Source: Clostridia bacterium (GTDB lineage Bacteria > Bacillota > Clostridia > Oscillospirales > Acutalibacteraceae). From it: 64,000 bases of DNA. A program made the translations under genes and the position numbers. The DNA lies in the NCBI GenBank assembly GCA_900768075.1, contig CAAGBN010000068.1, positions 10,827 through 74,826 of the forward strand, in the 5' to 3' direction. Under the pieces are notes generated by a model. That model was not told where the DNA came from. It saw only the letters and a program-made list of their open reading frames with translations, and did no database searches. Each line of letters begins with the position of its first letter. Position 1 is the stretch's first letter. This document shows, piece by piece, positions 37,253-46,680 of this stretch.

Positions 37253-37281
37253 AGCAAAAAAAGACAACCCGAGGGTTGTCT
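37253..37281 (-). terminator. Intrinsic terminator of paralog 1
   Basis: agacaacc / ggttgtct, loop cgag, with a T-run on the minus strand. Confidence 0.7.
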
Positions 37282-37296
37282 TCTGATAAGCTGTGA

Positions 37297-37941
37297 TTAT
37301 TTTAATAAGCCGCCTAATATTGAGCCGTCATATTTATTGAATATGTTGATTTTAGCAACAAGCATCTGTAAAAGAAGAAGCAATCTTTCAATGATATTTG
37401 AGGGTGTACCTACACTGACCTTATCGATAAAGCCGGTTTCAGCATAGATAGTGCAGTCGTATTTTGTGAATGTGTTTTTGCAGAATGTGAACTGATATAC
37501 AGTTTCAGCTGATGAAAGAGATGATTCCTTACTTGATAAGAGGGTAGTGCCTTCTTCGGAAATGCAAAGAACCTTATAAGCATATTCGAGAGCTTCCTTT
37601 TTGGTTAAGGGAGCGATGTTGCGCTCGAACTGAGCTGTTCTGTAGTAGATTTTACCTGTGTAAAGGTCAACATAGGTTGTGTATGTAACAAGCTCACCGC
37701 TTTTCAGACGTGCAGTTGAGATAACCTCATATGCAGGAACATTCTCATAAAATTTGTTGTCATTATATGTTGTCAGTGTGGTTGAGTGAAAACAGCCGTC
37801 GTGAACAAGAAAGTCGATAGCATACTCCTCGGCTGCCTGCTTGCTGATAGGCTTAAGGGTATCCTCCTGAGCTGCAAAAGCAAATACACCGATATTGAGT
37901 GTGAGAATTATTGCAAGAATAAGTGAAAGTGTCTTTTTCAT
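37297..37941 (-). CDS. Secreted tandem PepSY-like protein, paralog 1
   Basis: Signal peptide MKKTLSLILAIILT...AFA. Two helix-plus-beta modules ending VDLYTGKIYY. Hydrophobic/amphipathic C-terminal tail NIIERLLLLLQMLVAKINIF. Confidence 0.6.
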   Translation of the reverse strand: MKKTLSLILAIILTLNIGVFAFAAQEDTLKPISKQAAEEYAIDFLVHDGCFHSTTLTTYNDNKFYENVPAYEVISTARLKSGELVTYTTYVDLYTGKIYYRTAQFERNIAPLTKKEALEYAYKVLCISEEGTTLLSSKESSLSSAETVYQFTFCKNTFTKYDCTIYAETGFIDKVSVGTPSNIIERLLLLLQMLVAKINIFNKYDGSILGGLLK

Positions 37942-37980
37942 ATTTAAACCGCCTTTGTTCTTAGTTATTTACATAATAAT

Positions 37981-38022
37981 ACTAAAACGAAAGCAGATAA
38001 TTCCTGAAAAGAATTATCTGCT
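37981..38022 (-). terminator. Intrinsic terminator of paralog 2
   Basis: 12-bp stem agcagataattc / gaattatctgct followed by a T-rich tail on the minus strand. Confidence 0.7.
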
Positions 38023-38058
38023 AAAATATTTTTATTTTGTCGCTTTTTATCCGGTAAA

Positions 38059-38766
38059 TCAAGCGAATGCCTGGAATATTTTAAGGATATCTGTAGCTGA
38101 AATTTGATCAAGAAGATTTGCAGGGTTGAGCTTAGCAATCAGAACCTTGAAAACAAGAATGATTCTTTCAATAATGTTTGAAATGCCTGAAATAGGTGAG
38201 TCTGCGGTTGGCTCGTTGTACTTTGAAACCTTGATATCTTTGATAGCACCGTCATACTTGATAACTGTGCATTCATACTGCTCAGAAAAACCTTCTACGA
38301 AAACGAGCTGATATGCTGCTTTGCCGTCAGCTGTTACGATTTCCTGCTTCGAAATAACAGAAGTGTTGCTTTCGTTAAGACCTAAAGCTTCGATTGCAAG
38401 AGCGCAAGCCTGTTCCATTGTGATATTTCTGAGGAATATTGATTCGATGGCAATGACGGTAGCTGACTGTGAATAGATTTTGCCTGTGTACTTATCAAGT
38501 ACAGTTTCATAAACAGCTGTTTTACCTGTCTTAAGAAGAAGAGTTGATTTAACATTGTAAACTTCAACCTGACCTTCAGCGTCGTGGTTGTATGTACCGC
38601 TTGTAACATATGTGCCTAATGCAATCTCTGAGTCATAGTTTACGTGTGCAACAGCTTTAGCCTTAGCCTCATCTTTTGTCAGAGCAACGGATTCATCTGC
38701 AAAAGCGACTATACCCATACTGAATGTGAGAATTATAGCCAGAATTAATGATAATGTTTTTTTCAT
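38059..38766 (-). CDS. Secreted tandem PepSY-like protein, paralog 2
   Basis: Same signal peptide and architecture as 37297-37941 (VLDKYTGKIYS; tail NIIERIILVFKVLIAKLN). Start at ATG 38766. Confidence 0.6.
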   Translation of the reverse strand: MKKTLSLILAIILTFSMGIVAFADESVALTKDEAKAKAVAHVNYDSEIALGTYVTSGTYNHDAEGQVEVYNVKSTLLLKTGKTAVYETVLDKYTGKIYSQSATVIAIESIFLRNITMEQACALAIEALGLNESNTSVISKQEIVTADGKAAYQLVFVEGFSEQYECTVIKYDGAIKDIKVSKYNEPTADSPISGISNIIERIILVFKVLIAKLNPANLLDQISATDILKIFQAFA

Positions 38767-38878
38767 AATGTTTACCACCTTTTTTAGAAATTTATTCCGA
38801 TTCTTTCTTTATAATAATGCAAAAAGCAAAATGAATAATTCTAATCGGGAAATATCACAAAATATCACAAAATGTTTA

Positions 38879-39535
38879 TTATTTTGTCATCTTTTCCTGT
38901 TTAACCTTATGGTCGATAATGTGGCGAGAAGCAAGCTCACGGTGAACTTCTTCCATTGAGATGCCCATTTCGTTCATAAGCACCATTACATGGTATGCAA
39001 GGTCAGCAATTTCATAAATTGTTTCTGCCTTGTCGTCAGCCTTTGCAGCGATGATAACCTCTGTGCATTCTTCGCCGACCTTTTTGAGAATCTTGTCGAT
39101 ACCCTTCTGGAAAAGGTATGTTGTATATGAGCCCTCGGGGAGAGATTCTTTTCTGCCCTTGAGAAGATCGTAAAGACCCTGGAGTGAAAATTCGCTGAGC
39201 TCTTCACTCTGATATACGGGAGCTGTAAAGCAGGAATCTGTACCCTTATGACAAGCAGGGCCGTCCTTTTCAACTACAACTGTAAGTGCGTCCATATCGC
39301 AGTCTGCTGTGATTGAAACGATGTGCTGATAGTTGCCGCTTGTTTCACCCTTGAGCCAGAGCTCCTGACGTGAACGTGAATAGAAGCAGGTGAGACCTTT
39401 TTCTATAGAAATCTCAAGGCTTTCACGGTTCATATAAGCAAGAGTGAGCACCTTTTTAGTTATAGAGTCAACAACGATTGCAGGGATAAGACCCTTATCG
39501 TCGAATTTAAGCTGATTAATATCAAAATCTATCAT
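38879..39535 (-). CDS. hisIE: Bifunctional phosphoribosyl-AMP cyclohydrolase / phosphoribosyl-ATP diphosphatase
   Basis: The HisI segment (GLIPAIVVD...WLKGETSGN) is fused to a HisE MazG-like segment. Confidence 0.9.
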   Translation of the reverse strand: MIDFDINQLKFDDKGLIPAIVVDSITKKVLTLAYMNRESLEISIEKGLTCFYSRSRQELWLKGETSGNYQHIVSITADCDMDALTVVVEKDGPACHKGTDSCFTAPVYQSEELSEFSLQGLYDLLKGRKESLPEGSYTTYLFQKGIDKILKKVGEECTEVIIAAKADDKAETIYEIADLAYHVMVLMNEMGISMEEVHRELASRHIIDHKVKQEKMTK

Positions 39536-39538
39536 TGT

Positions 39539-40297
39539 TTATAACCTCACATTTATGTTGTTTTCTTTCAGAAGCTTTTTAAGATCTTTTATCTGTACTT
39601 CACCGAAGTGGAAGATAGAAGCTGCAAGACCTGCATCGATATCGGGTATCTCATTGAAGAGAGTGACGAAGTCTTCAGCTGAGCCTGCACCGCCTGATGC
39701 GATTACGGGCACGTTGACAGCTTCGCAGACTGCCTTGAGCATTTCAATGTCAAAGCCTTGCTTTACACCGTCGGTATCAATAGAGTTGACAACAACTTCG
39801 CCTGCACCCATATCAACACAGCGCTTAATCCAGGATATTGCTTCCATACCTGTGTCTTCTCTGCCGCCCTTTGCAAAGACGTGGAAAACACCGTCAACAC
39901 GCTTGATGTCGCAGGAGATAACCACACACTGATTGCCGTAAAGACGTGCAGCCTGACTGATAAGCTCAGGGTTTCTGATAGCGCCTGAGTTTACGCTCAC
40001 CTTGTCGGCACCGCATTTGAGTACGCGGTCAAAGTCTTCTACAGTGTTGATGCCACCGCCCACGGTGAGGGGAATGAATATCTTAGAAGCAACCTCTCTG
40101 AGAATATCGGTGAAAAGAGCTCTGCCCTCAGCACTTGCAGTGATGTCATAGAAAACAAGCTCATCAGCACCGCACTTGCTGTAAAATTCACCGAGCTCAA
40201 CGGGTGAGGATACATCATTGAGATTCTGAAAGTTAGTACCCTTAACAACTCTGCCGTCTCTTACGTCGAGGCAGGGGATAATTCTTTTTGTAATCAT
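39539..40297 (-). CDS. hisF: Imidazole glycerol phosphate synthase cyclase subunit
   Basis: KRIIPCLDVRDGRVVKG N-terminus and a (beta/alpha)8 pattern. Confidence 0.95.
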   Translation of the reverse strand: MITKRIIPCLDVRDGRVVKGTNFQNLNDVSSPVELGEFYSKCGADELVFYDITASAEGRALFTDILREVASKIFIPLTVGGGINTVEDFDRVLKCGADKVSVNSGAIRNPELISQAARLYGNQCVVISCDIKRVDGVFHVFAKGGREDTGMEAISWIKRCVDMGAGEVVVNSIDTDGVKQGFDIEMLKAVCEAVNVPVIASGGAGSAEDFVTLFNEIPDIDAGLAASIFHFGEVQIKDLKKLLKENNINVRL

Positions 40298-41007
40298 TTT
40301 GCCACCTCAACTGCTTGCTTTAAATCTACAGCACCGATATAGTATGCCTTGCCGAGAATTGCACCGTAAAGGTTCATATCCTTGAGTGCCTTGATATCGT
40401 CAATGCTTGAGACACCGCCTGAAGCAACAATATCCATAGTGTACTTCTCTGAAAGCTCTTTGTAAAGCTCACGGTTAGTGCCCTGCATAGCACCGTCTTT
40501 TGAAATGTCGGTGCAGATAACAGTTTTAACACCGATGTCGCTGAGATGCTTGAAAAACTCATCAGCGGTGAGTGCACTTTTTTCAGTCCAGCCCTTTATA
40601 GCAACATAGCCGTCTTTAAGGTCAACACCGACTGCGATAGCTTCCTTATATTTGGAAACCATCTTGCGAAGAAACTCGTCATCTGTTACGGCAGCTGTAC
40701 CGAGAATAACTCTTTCAACACCGAGGTCGATATATTTCTGCACAGTTTCCTCGTCACGTATACCGCCGCCGATTTCTACCTTAAGGTCGGTATAATCCAC
40801 AACCTTGCGAACCTCATCAATGTTGGGAGTAGTGCCGTTTTTAGCACCCTCAAGGTCAACCATATGGATGTAGGTTGCACCGCATTCCTGAAACTTTCTT
40901 GCAATTTCAATGGGGTTGTTGCTGTAAACTGTCATTTCGTTATAGTCGCCCTTGTAAAGACGAACTGCTTTTTTATCATATAAATCAATAGCAGGTAAAA
41001 TAAGCAT
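40294..41007 (-). CDS. hisA: ProFAR isomerase
   Basis: ILPAIDLYDKKAVRLYKGDY. Overlaps hisF by 4 nt. Confidence 0.9.
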   Translation of the reverse strand: MLILPAIDLYDKKAVRLYKGDYNEMTVYSNNPIEIARKFQECGATYIHMVDLEGAKNGTTPNIDEVRKVVDYTDLKVEIGGGIRDEETVQKYIDLGVERVILGTAAVTDDEFLRKMVSKYKEAIAVGVDLKDGYVAIKGWTEKSALTADEFFKHLSDIGVKTVICTDISKDGAMQGTNRELYKELSEKYTMDIVASGGVSSIDDIKALKDMNLYGAILGKAYYIGAVDLKQAVEVAK

Positions 41008-41008
41008 A

Positions 41009-41629
41009 TCAGTTTTCTCCTATCTCGCAAAATCCTCTGAGAATATTAAGACCTACATCGCCGCTTTTTTCAGGATGAAACTGACAGCCGTAGATGTTAT
41101 TCTTCCATACAGCCGCAGTGAAGTCTATGCCGTACTCTGCCGAGGTTGCACATTCTGCGATGCCCTTTTCGGCAAAGTATGAGTGTACGAAATACACGTG
41201 GTCACCGTCCTTGAGATATTTGAAAAGAGGACAGTCCTTATTCTCGATTTTAAGAGCATTCCAGCCGATGTGAGGAATCTTAAGCTCACTTGCAAGCTTG
41301 CCCTCGAAAGGGAGAATATCTGCATCAATAAGACCTAAGCCCTCGTGACAGCCGTATTCATAAGAATGCTTGAAGAGAAGCTGCATACCAAGACAGATAC
41401 CCATAAGAGGCTTGCCTTTTGCAACCTCATCAAGGACTACCTTGTCAAGTCCGCTGTCTCTGAGTTTTTTTGCAGCATCTTCAAAGGCACCTACACCGGG
41501 GAGTATAATTTTATCGGCTCTCTTTATAGTGTCAACATCGTTTGTTATAAGGGCATCAGCACCGATAGCCTTAAAGGATGACACAAGTGAAAAGAGATTT
41601 CCTACGCCGTAGTCAATAATCGCAATCAT
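41009..41629 (-). CDS. hisH: Imidazole glycerol phosphate synthase glutaminase subunit
   Basis: IAIIDYGVGNL, GICLGMQ and FHPEKS triad motifs. Confidence 0.95.
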   Translation of the reverse strand: MIAIIDYGVGNLFSLVSSFKAIGADALITNDVDTIKRADKIILPGVGAFEDAAKKLRDSGLDKVVLDEVAKGKPLMGICLGMQLLFKHSYEYGCHEGLGLIDADILPFEGKLASELKIPHIGWNALKIENKDCPLFKYLKDGDHVYFVHSYFAEKGIAECATSAEYGIDFTAAVWKNNIYGCQFHPEKSGDVGLNILRGFCEIGEN

Positions 41630-42216
41630 TAAAGTACTCCTTTGGTTGAGGGGATTTTGTCCTTGTTCTTTTCGTCAATGGCAACTGCGGCTTTCATTGT
41701 GCGTGCAAAGCTCTTGAAGGTGCCCTCAATGATGTGGTGTGAATTATAGCCTGCGAGCTGCTTTATGTGAAGAGTCACACCTGCATGTCGGACAAAAGCC
41801 TCGAAGAATTCACGAGTGAGCTCTGTGTCAAAGTCACCGACCTTTTCTGTGGGGATATCAAGGTCATAGCCGAGATAGCTTCTGCCTGAAATATCCACAG
41901 CTGTGAGAATAAGGCTTTCATCCATAGGCAGAATAAAGCTGCCGTAGCGTGTGATGCCTTTCATATCGCCGAGAGCCTTTCTGAAAGCGTCGCCAAGGCA
42001 GATAGCGATATCCTCTGCTGTGTGGTGATAGTCAACCTGAGTGTCACCGATACATTTTACATTAAGGTCAAATGAGCCGTGACGACTAAAAAGGGTAAGC
42101 ATATGGTCAAGAAAACCACAGTCTGTATCAATTTCGCCCTTGCCGTCGCCATCTAAACATAAAGTGAGAGTAATATCTGTCTCTGCAGTTTTTCTGATAA
42201 TTTCAGCTGTTCTCAT
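41629..42216 (-). CDS. hisB: Imidazoleglycerol-phosphate dehydratase
   Basis: RKTAETDI..., HHTAED and SHHIIE motifs. Confidence 0.95.
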   Translation of the reverse strand: MRTAEIIRKTAETDITLTLCLDGDGKGEIDTDCGFLDHMLTLFSRHGSFDLNVKCIGDTQVDYHHTAEDIAICLGDAFRKALGDMKGITRYGSFILPMDESLILTAVDISGRSYLGYDLDIPTEKVGDFDTELTREFFEAFVRHAGVTLHIKQLAGYNSHHIIEGTFKSFARTMKAAVAIDEKNKDKIPSTKGVL

Positions 42217-42219
42217 GCT

Positions 42220-43281
42220 TTATGCTCCTTTCACAATCTTTTTCATTGTATCAACAAAGACCTGCATTTCTTCTTCAGAGCCTATTGTGATACGGTTGTA
42301 ATCTTTAATTTTTTCATCTGTAAAGTGTCTTACGAGTATGCCGTTTTCACGAAGCTTTGTGTAGAGATCAATACCGCTGATGCTTTCGTGCTTGGCAAAA
42401 ATGAAGTTTGTCTTTGAGTCGAGGACTTCAAATCCAATTTCGCGAAGTGCCTTTGTCACCATTTCGCGTGTATCACAGATTCTCTTGCAGTTAGCCATAT
42501 AATAGTCATTTTCAGCCATAGCAGCTGTGCCTGCAAGCTGTGAGAGTCTGTTGATATTGTAGGGGTTGGTTGAATACTTGATTTTTTCCAAATCCTTGAT
42601 AAGCTCTTCGTTTGCGAAGCAGTAGCCGAGTCTTGCACCTGCAAGGCTGTAGGATTTTGAGAAAGTACGGCAGACAATAAGATTGTCGTACTTCTTTATA
42701 AGCTCGTAGCAGGATGTACCGCCGAAATCAACATAAGCCTCGTCGATAAGAACAACATTGTCTTTGTTTGAAAGGATGATTTCTTCGATTACATCAAGAC
42801 CAAGCTCTAAGCCTGTGGGGGCATTGGGGTTTGCGATAACGGTGAACTTACCTGTATTCATATACTTGTTTTTGTCGATAGTGAAATCTTCTTCAAGGGG
42901 AATCATAGTCTTTTCAATGCCGTAAAGGTCACAGAAAACCTTGTAGAAGCCGTAGGAGATTTCAGGGAAGACAGCACCGCTGACATTACCGTAGACCATA
43001 AAGGCAAAGTTGAGAATTTCATCTGAGCCGTTGGATACGAAAACGTTTTTATCCTCTACACCGTAAACCTCAGCGATAGCCTTTTTCACCTTGCTGCTTT
43101 CAGGGTCACTGTAAAGACGAAGGTCGGAGACCTCGGCAGAGTTAACAGCTGAAATAACTGACGGTGAGGGAGGGTAGGGTGACTCGTTGGTGTTGAGCTT
43201 TATGTATTTTTTATCCTTAGGCTGTTCACCTGGCACATATTCCTTAAGTGCGGAGAATGCACCGTCTATATATTTACTCAT
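42220..43281 (-). CDS. hisC: Histidinol-phosphate aminotransferase
   Basis: Class II aminotransferase. LNTNESP and TFSKSYSLAGARLGY (PLP lysine) motifs. Confidence 0.9.
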   Translation of the reverse strand: MSKYIDGAFSALKEYVPGEQPKDKKYIKLNTNESPYPPSPSVISAVNSAEVSDLRLYSDPESSKVKKAIAEVYGVEDKNVFVSNGSDEILNFAFMVYGNVSGAVFPEISYGFYKVFCDLYGIEKTMIPLEEDFTIDKNKYMNTGKFTVIANPNAPTGLELGLDVIEEIILSNKDNVVLIDEAYVDFGGTSCYELIKKYDNLIVCRTFSKSYSLAGARLGYCFANEELIKDLEKIKYSTNPYNINRLSQLAGTAAMAENDYYMANCKRICDTREMVTKALREIGFEVLDSKTNFIFAKHESISGIDLYTKLRENGILVRHFTDEKIKDYNRITIGSEEEMQVFVDTMKKIVKGA

Positions 43282-43284
43282 AAA

Positions 43285-44559
43285 TTATTCCTCAAATCTG
43301 ATGGTTGCGCTCTTGCCGTGAGCTGTGAGTCCCTCTTTATCGGCAAAGAAAGCAACGTCTTTATAAACTTCTTTAAGTGCATTTTCGGTGTAATATGTAA
43401 ACTGTGATTTCTTCACGAAATCGTCAACACCGAGGGCACTTGAAAATCTTGCAGTACCGCTTGTGGGAAGTGTGTGGTTGGGACCTGCATAGTAGTCACC
43501 GAGAGCTTCGGGACAGTATCTGCCCATAAAGATTGAGCCTGCATGCTTAACTGAATCAAGATAATCAAAGGGATTATCAAGGCAGAGCTCAAGATGTTCG
43601 GGAGCAATTTCATTAGCAATATCGATCCCTGCCATAATGGTATCGGCAACGATGATTTTACCGTTGTTGTCGATTGAAGCTCTTGCAATTTCTGCTCTTT
43701 CGAGAAGAGGAATCTGCTTCTCAAGTGAAACTGAAACCTTTTCAGCAAGCTCCATACTGTCTGTTACAAGTACGGCTGAAGCGTTCTTGTCGTGCTCTGC
43801 CTGTGAGAGAAGGTCGGCAGCAACAAAGTCGGGGTTTGATTTGCCGTCTGCAAGAACAAGGATTTCACTGGGGCCTGCAATCATATCGATTGATACCATG
43901 CCGAAAACCTGACGCTTAGCTTCTGCAACGAAAGCATTACCGGGGCCGACGATTTTATCAACCTTGGGTACTGTCTCTGTGCCGTAGGCGAGAGCTGCAA
44001 CTGCCTGAGCACCGCCTACCTTGAAGATACGGTCAACGCCTGCAATTTTAGCAGCAGCGAGAATAACGGGATTAACCTTGCCGTCCTTTGACGGGGGAGT
44101 AACGATTGAGATTTCCTTACAGCCTGCAATTTTAGCAGGAACACTGTCCATAAGTACAGTTGAGGGGTACGCTGCCGTGCCACCGGGTACATAAAGACCG
44201 ACCTTTTCAATAGCGGTAATCTTCTGGCCTGTAACAACGCCGTTTTTCTCGTTGATAATAAAGCTGTTTCTTACCTGCTTTGAATGGAAGTTTCTGATGT
44301 TTTCTTCGGCTGTGCGAAGAATTCTGATAAATTCGGGATCAACGGTGTTGAAAGCCTCTTCGATTTCTTCTTCGGTAACCTCAAGAGAGGTGAGAGTAGC
44401 TTTGTCGAATTTTTCGCAATACTCGAAAAGAGCCTTATCACCGTTTGCTTTAACGTTTTCTATAATATCTGTGACTATATCGCTGACATCAACTGTATCA
44501 GCCATACGGGAAAATATTTCGTTATTTTCCACTTCGCCGTATTTATAAATCTTAATCAT
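43285..44559 (-). CDS. hisD: Histidinol dehydrogenase
   Basis: 424 aa. QAEHD and APEHLEL motifs. Confidence 0.95.
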   Translation of the reverse strand: MIKIYKYGEVENNEIFSRMADTVDVSDIVTDIIENVKANGDKALFEYCEKFDKATLTSLEVTEEEIEEAFNTVDPEFIRILRTAEENIRNFHSKQVRNSFIINEKNGVVTGQKITAIEKVGLYVPGGTAAYPSTVLMDSVPAKIAGCKEISIVTPPSKDGKVNPVILAAAKIAGVDRIFKVGGAQAVAALAYGTETVPKVDKIVGPGNAFVAEAKRQVFGMVSIDMIAGPSEILVLADGKSNPDFVAADLLSQAEHDKNASAVLVTDSMELAEKVSVSLEKQIPLLERAEIARASIDNNGKIIVADTIMAGIDIANEIAPEHLELCLDNPFDYLDSVKHAGSIFMGRYCPEALGDYYAGPNHTLPTSGTARFSSALGVDDFVKKSQFTYYTENALKEVYKDVAFFADKEGLTAHGKSATIRFEE

Positions 44560-45190
44560 TGTTTTCCCTCACAATTTTTCCGAGAGCTTCAGTAATTTTG
44601 CTGATTTGCTCTGTTTTGAATTTGTATGATGCTTTGTTTGAAATGAGTCTTGCGGAAATCTCAACAATTGTTTCCTTAGGCTCAAGGTCATTTTCATATA
44701 AGGTTTTGCCTGTTTCAACTATATCCACAATAACATCGGAAAGACCTAAAATAGGTGCAATTTCAATTGAACCGTTAAGGTGGATAATATCAATATCGCG
44801 GCATTTTTCATTATAGAACTTCTGAGCGATGTTTGAGAATTTTGTAGCAACTCTCAGGGTTTCAGCCGTGTTGTCACGGAAGTCTTTTTTAGCCGCAACA
44901 GCCATTCGGCACTTGCCTATCTTAAGGTCAAGAAGCTCATAAACATCGGGAGAGTACTCAAGAAGAATATCCTTACCTGCAACACCGATATCTGCTGCGC
45001 CTCTTTCAACATATATAGCAACGTCTGAGGGCTTAACCCAGAAGTATCTTACACCGACTTCTTCATTTTCGAAGATGAGCTTACGGTTAGTCTCCTTGAT
45101 AGAGGGACATTCATAGCCCGACTGCTCAAACATAGCGTAAACCTTTTCACCGAGTCTTCCCTTGGGAAGAGCGACATTAATAAATTCCAT
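44552..45190 (-). CDS. hisG: ATP phosphoribosyltransferase, short form
   Basis: 212 aa with VALPKGRL. The short form is consistent with the presence of hisZ. Confidence 0.9.
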   Translation of the reverse strand: MEFINVALPKGRLGEKVYAMFEQSGYECPSIKETNRKLIFENEEVGVRYFWVKPSDVAIYVERGAADIGVAGKDILLEYSPDVYELLDLKIGKCRMAVAAKKDFRDNTAETLRVATKFSNIAQKFYNEKCRDIDIIHLNGSIEIAPILGLSDVIVDIVETGKTLYENDLEPKETIVEISARLISNKASYKFKTEQISKITEALGKIVRENND

Positions 45191-46296
45191 CAGGCACCCT
45201 CCAATCCGTCTTTAGTAAGCTTCATCAGACTCTTGTATCTGATGTTCTTGGGAATTTCACTTAAAACGATGACGCTGAAACCGTTCTCTGAAAGAGACTC
45301 AACAGTTCTGATAACTGCTGCCGATGAACAGTTGTCATCCTTTATAATAACGAAATCGTAATCGTAATCAGCTGCTTTGTTGCCGTGTCTTTCAAGAGTG
45401 TCAAGGTATACTGCAAAGCCTACAGCACTTGAGGTCTTGCCCATTTTTTTCATAAGCTTGTCATACTGACCGCCTGAAAGGACACTTGTAAATATACCTG
45501 AAATATATCCCTTGAATACAATACCGCTATAGTATGAGCTGTCACTGACCATTGAGAAGTCAATTCTCACCTTGTCTGTGAGCTCAAGGTCAACAAGAGA
45601 ATTGCAGATAGCTGAAAATTCATTGAGCTGACTGTCAGCCTCGGCACTGATACCGCCGAAAGCCTCTGCAACCTCACCGCAGTTTTTGTATGTAGACATA
45701 AGCTTTGAGATTATATCATAGGAGAATTTATCGATAATTTCATTTTGGAATAAAGATGAGATTTCATCAATGCTTTTGTTGCGGATGCTTTCAAAGACTG
45801 ACTTTTTAACGTCAGCTGAAAGTTTGCACTCACCGATAAGAGCTGATACGAGACCTGCATGAGCAATATCGAGCATATAGTTTTTATCAATAGTCTCAAG
45901 ACTCTTTACTGCAAGATAAAGGACCTCACAAACATCATAAAGGCTGATGTCACCGATACATTCAAGGCCTGTCTGATTAATCTCCTTGAAAGAATGTGAA
46001 TCGCTTGAGATACGGTAAACGTTTTCATTATAATAGAGCTTCTCAACGGCACCTTTTACATCCTTGGCGTTCTTTATAATTGAAAGAGTAACGTCGGGCT
46101 TGAGGGCAAGAAGTCTGCCGTTGGTATCTGTGAATGTGATGATACCGTCACTGATAAGGAAATCCTTGTTTCTTACATAAAGATCATATTCCTCAAACTT
46201 GCTCATCTTGAATCGAGTGTAGCCGAACCTTCTGTAAAGTGAGCGAAGATTAAATATTGCCTTTTCGTCGTTTCTGAATATATTTTCGTTAAGCAT
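45190..46296 (-). CDS. hisZ: ATP phosphoribosyltransferase regulatory subunit
   Basis: HisRS-like catalytic-core paralog without an anticodon-binding domain. Overlaps hisG by 1 nt. Confidence 0.85.
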   Translation of the reverse strand: MLNENIFRNDEKAIFNLRSLYRRFGYTRFKMSKFEEYDLYVRNKDFLISDGIITFTDTNGRLLALKPDVTLSIIKNAKDVKGAVEKLYYNENVYRISSDSHSFKEINQTGLECIGDISLYDVCEVLYLAVKSLETIDKNYMLDIAHAGLVSALIGECKLSADVKKSVFESIRNKSIDEISSLFQNEIIDKFSYDIISKLMSTYKNCGEVAEAFGGISAEADSQLNEFSAICNSLVDLELTDKVRIDFSMVSDSSYYSGIVFKGYISGIFTSVLSGGQYDKLMKKMGKTSSAVGFAVYLDTLERHGNKAADYDYDFVIIKDDNCSSAAVIRTVESLSENGFSVIVLSEIPKNIRYKSLMKLTKDGLEGA

Positions 46297-46297
46297 A

Positions 46298-46585
46298 TCA
46301 TTCTTCTCCTAATCTGTCGATTGCTGTTTTATATCCGCCGCCACCGTAGTTTACACACTTGCTTACACGGCAGATTGTAGCGGTGCTTGCGCCTGTCTGC
46401 TTGTTGATATCCACATAGCTTTTGCCCTGACAAAGAAGCCTTGCAACCTCAAAACGCTGAGCAATAGAATCAAGCTCCTGAACAGTGAAAGCATCTTCAA
46501 AAAAGTTGTAGCATTCTTCTATATTTTCAAGTGAGAGTATAGCTTTAAAAAGACTGTCAATAGATTCTTTCTGATATTTACGCAT
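46298..46585 (-). CDS. YerC/YecD-type TrpR-like DNA-binding protein (candidate his regulator)
   Basis: 95 aa. The ...RFEVARLL..GKSY..I...TGASTATI.RV..C...G..GY pattern is typical of the YerC/YecD family. It is the first gene of the his operon and ends 1 nt before hisZ. Confidence 0.75.
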   Translation of the reverse strand: MRKYQKESIDSLFKAILSLENIEECYNFFEDAFTVQELDSIAQRFEVARLLCQGKSYVDINKQTGASTATICRVSKCVNYGGGGYKTAIDRLGEE

Positions 46586-46618
46586 AATATCTGTACTCCA
46601 TTCATCGTAATGTAGTGT

Positions 46619-46647
46619 ATTCTATCACATCACCGTGCTAAAGTCAA
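46619..46647 (-). promoter_or_regulatory. Sigma-A promoter of the his operon
   Basis: Minus strand: TTGACT, 17-nt spacer, TAGAAT with an upstream TG. Confidence 0.55.
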
Positions 46648-46680
46648 TGGGTTTGTGCAGAAAAAAAGATATTTATTTTT

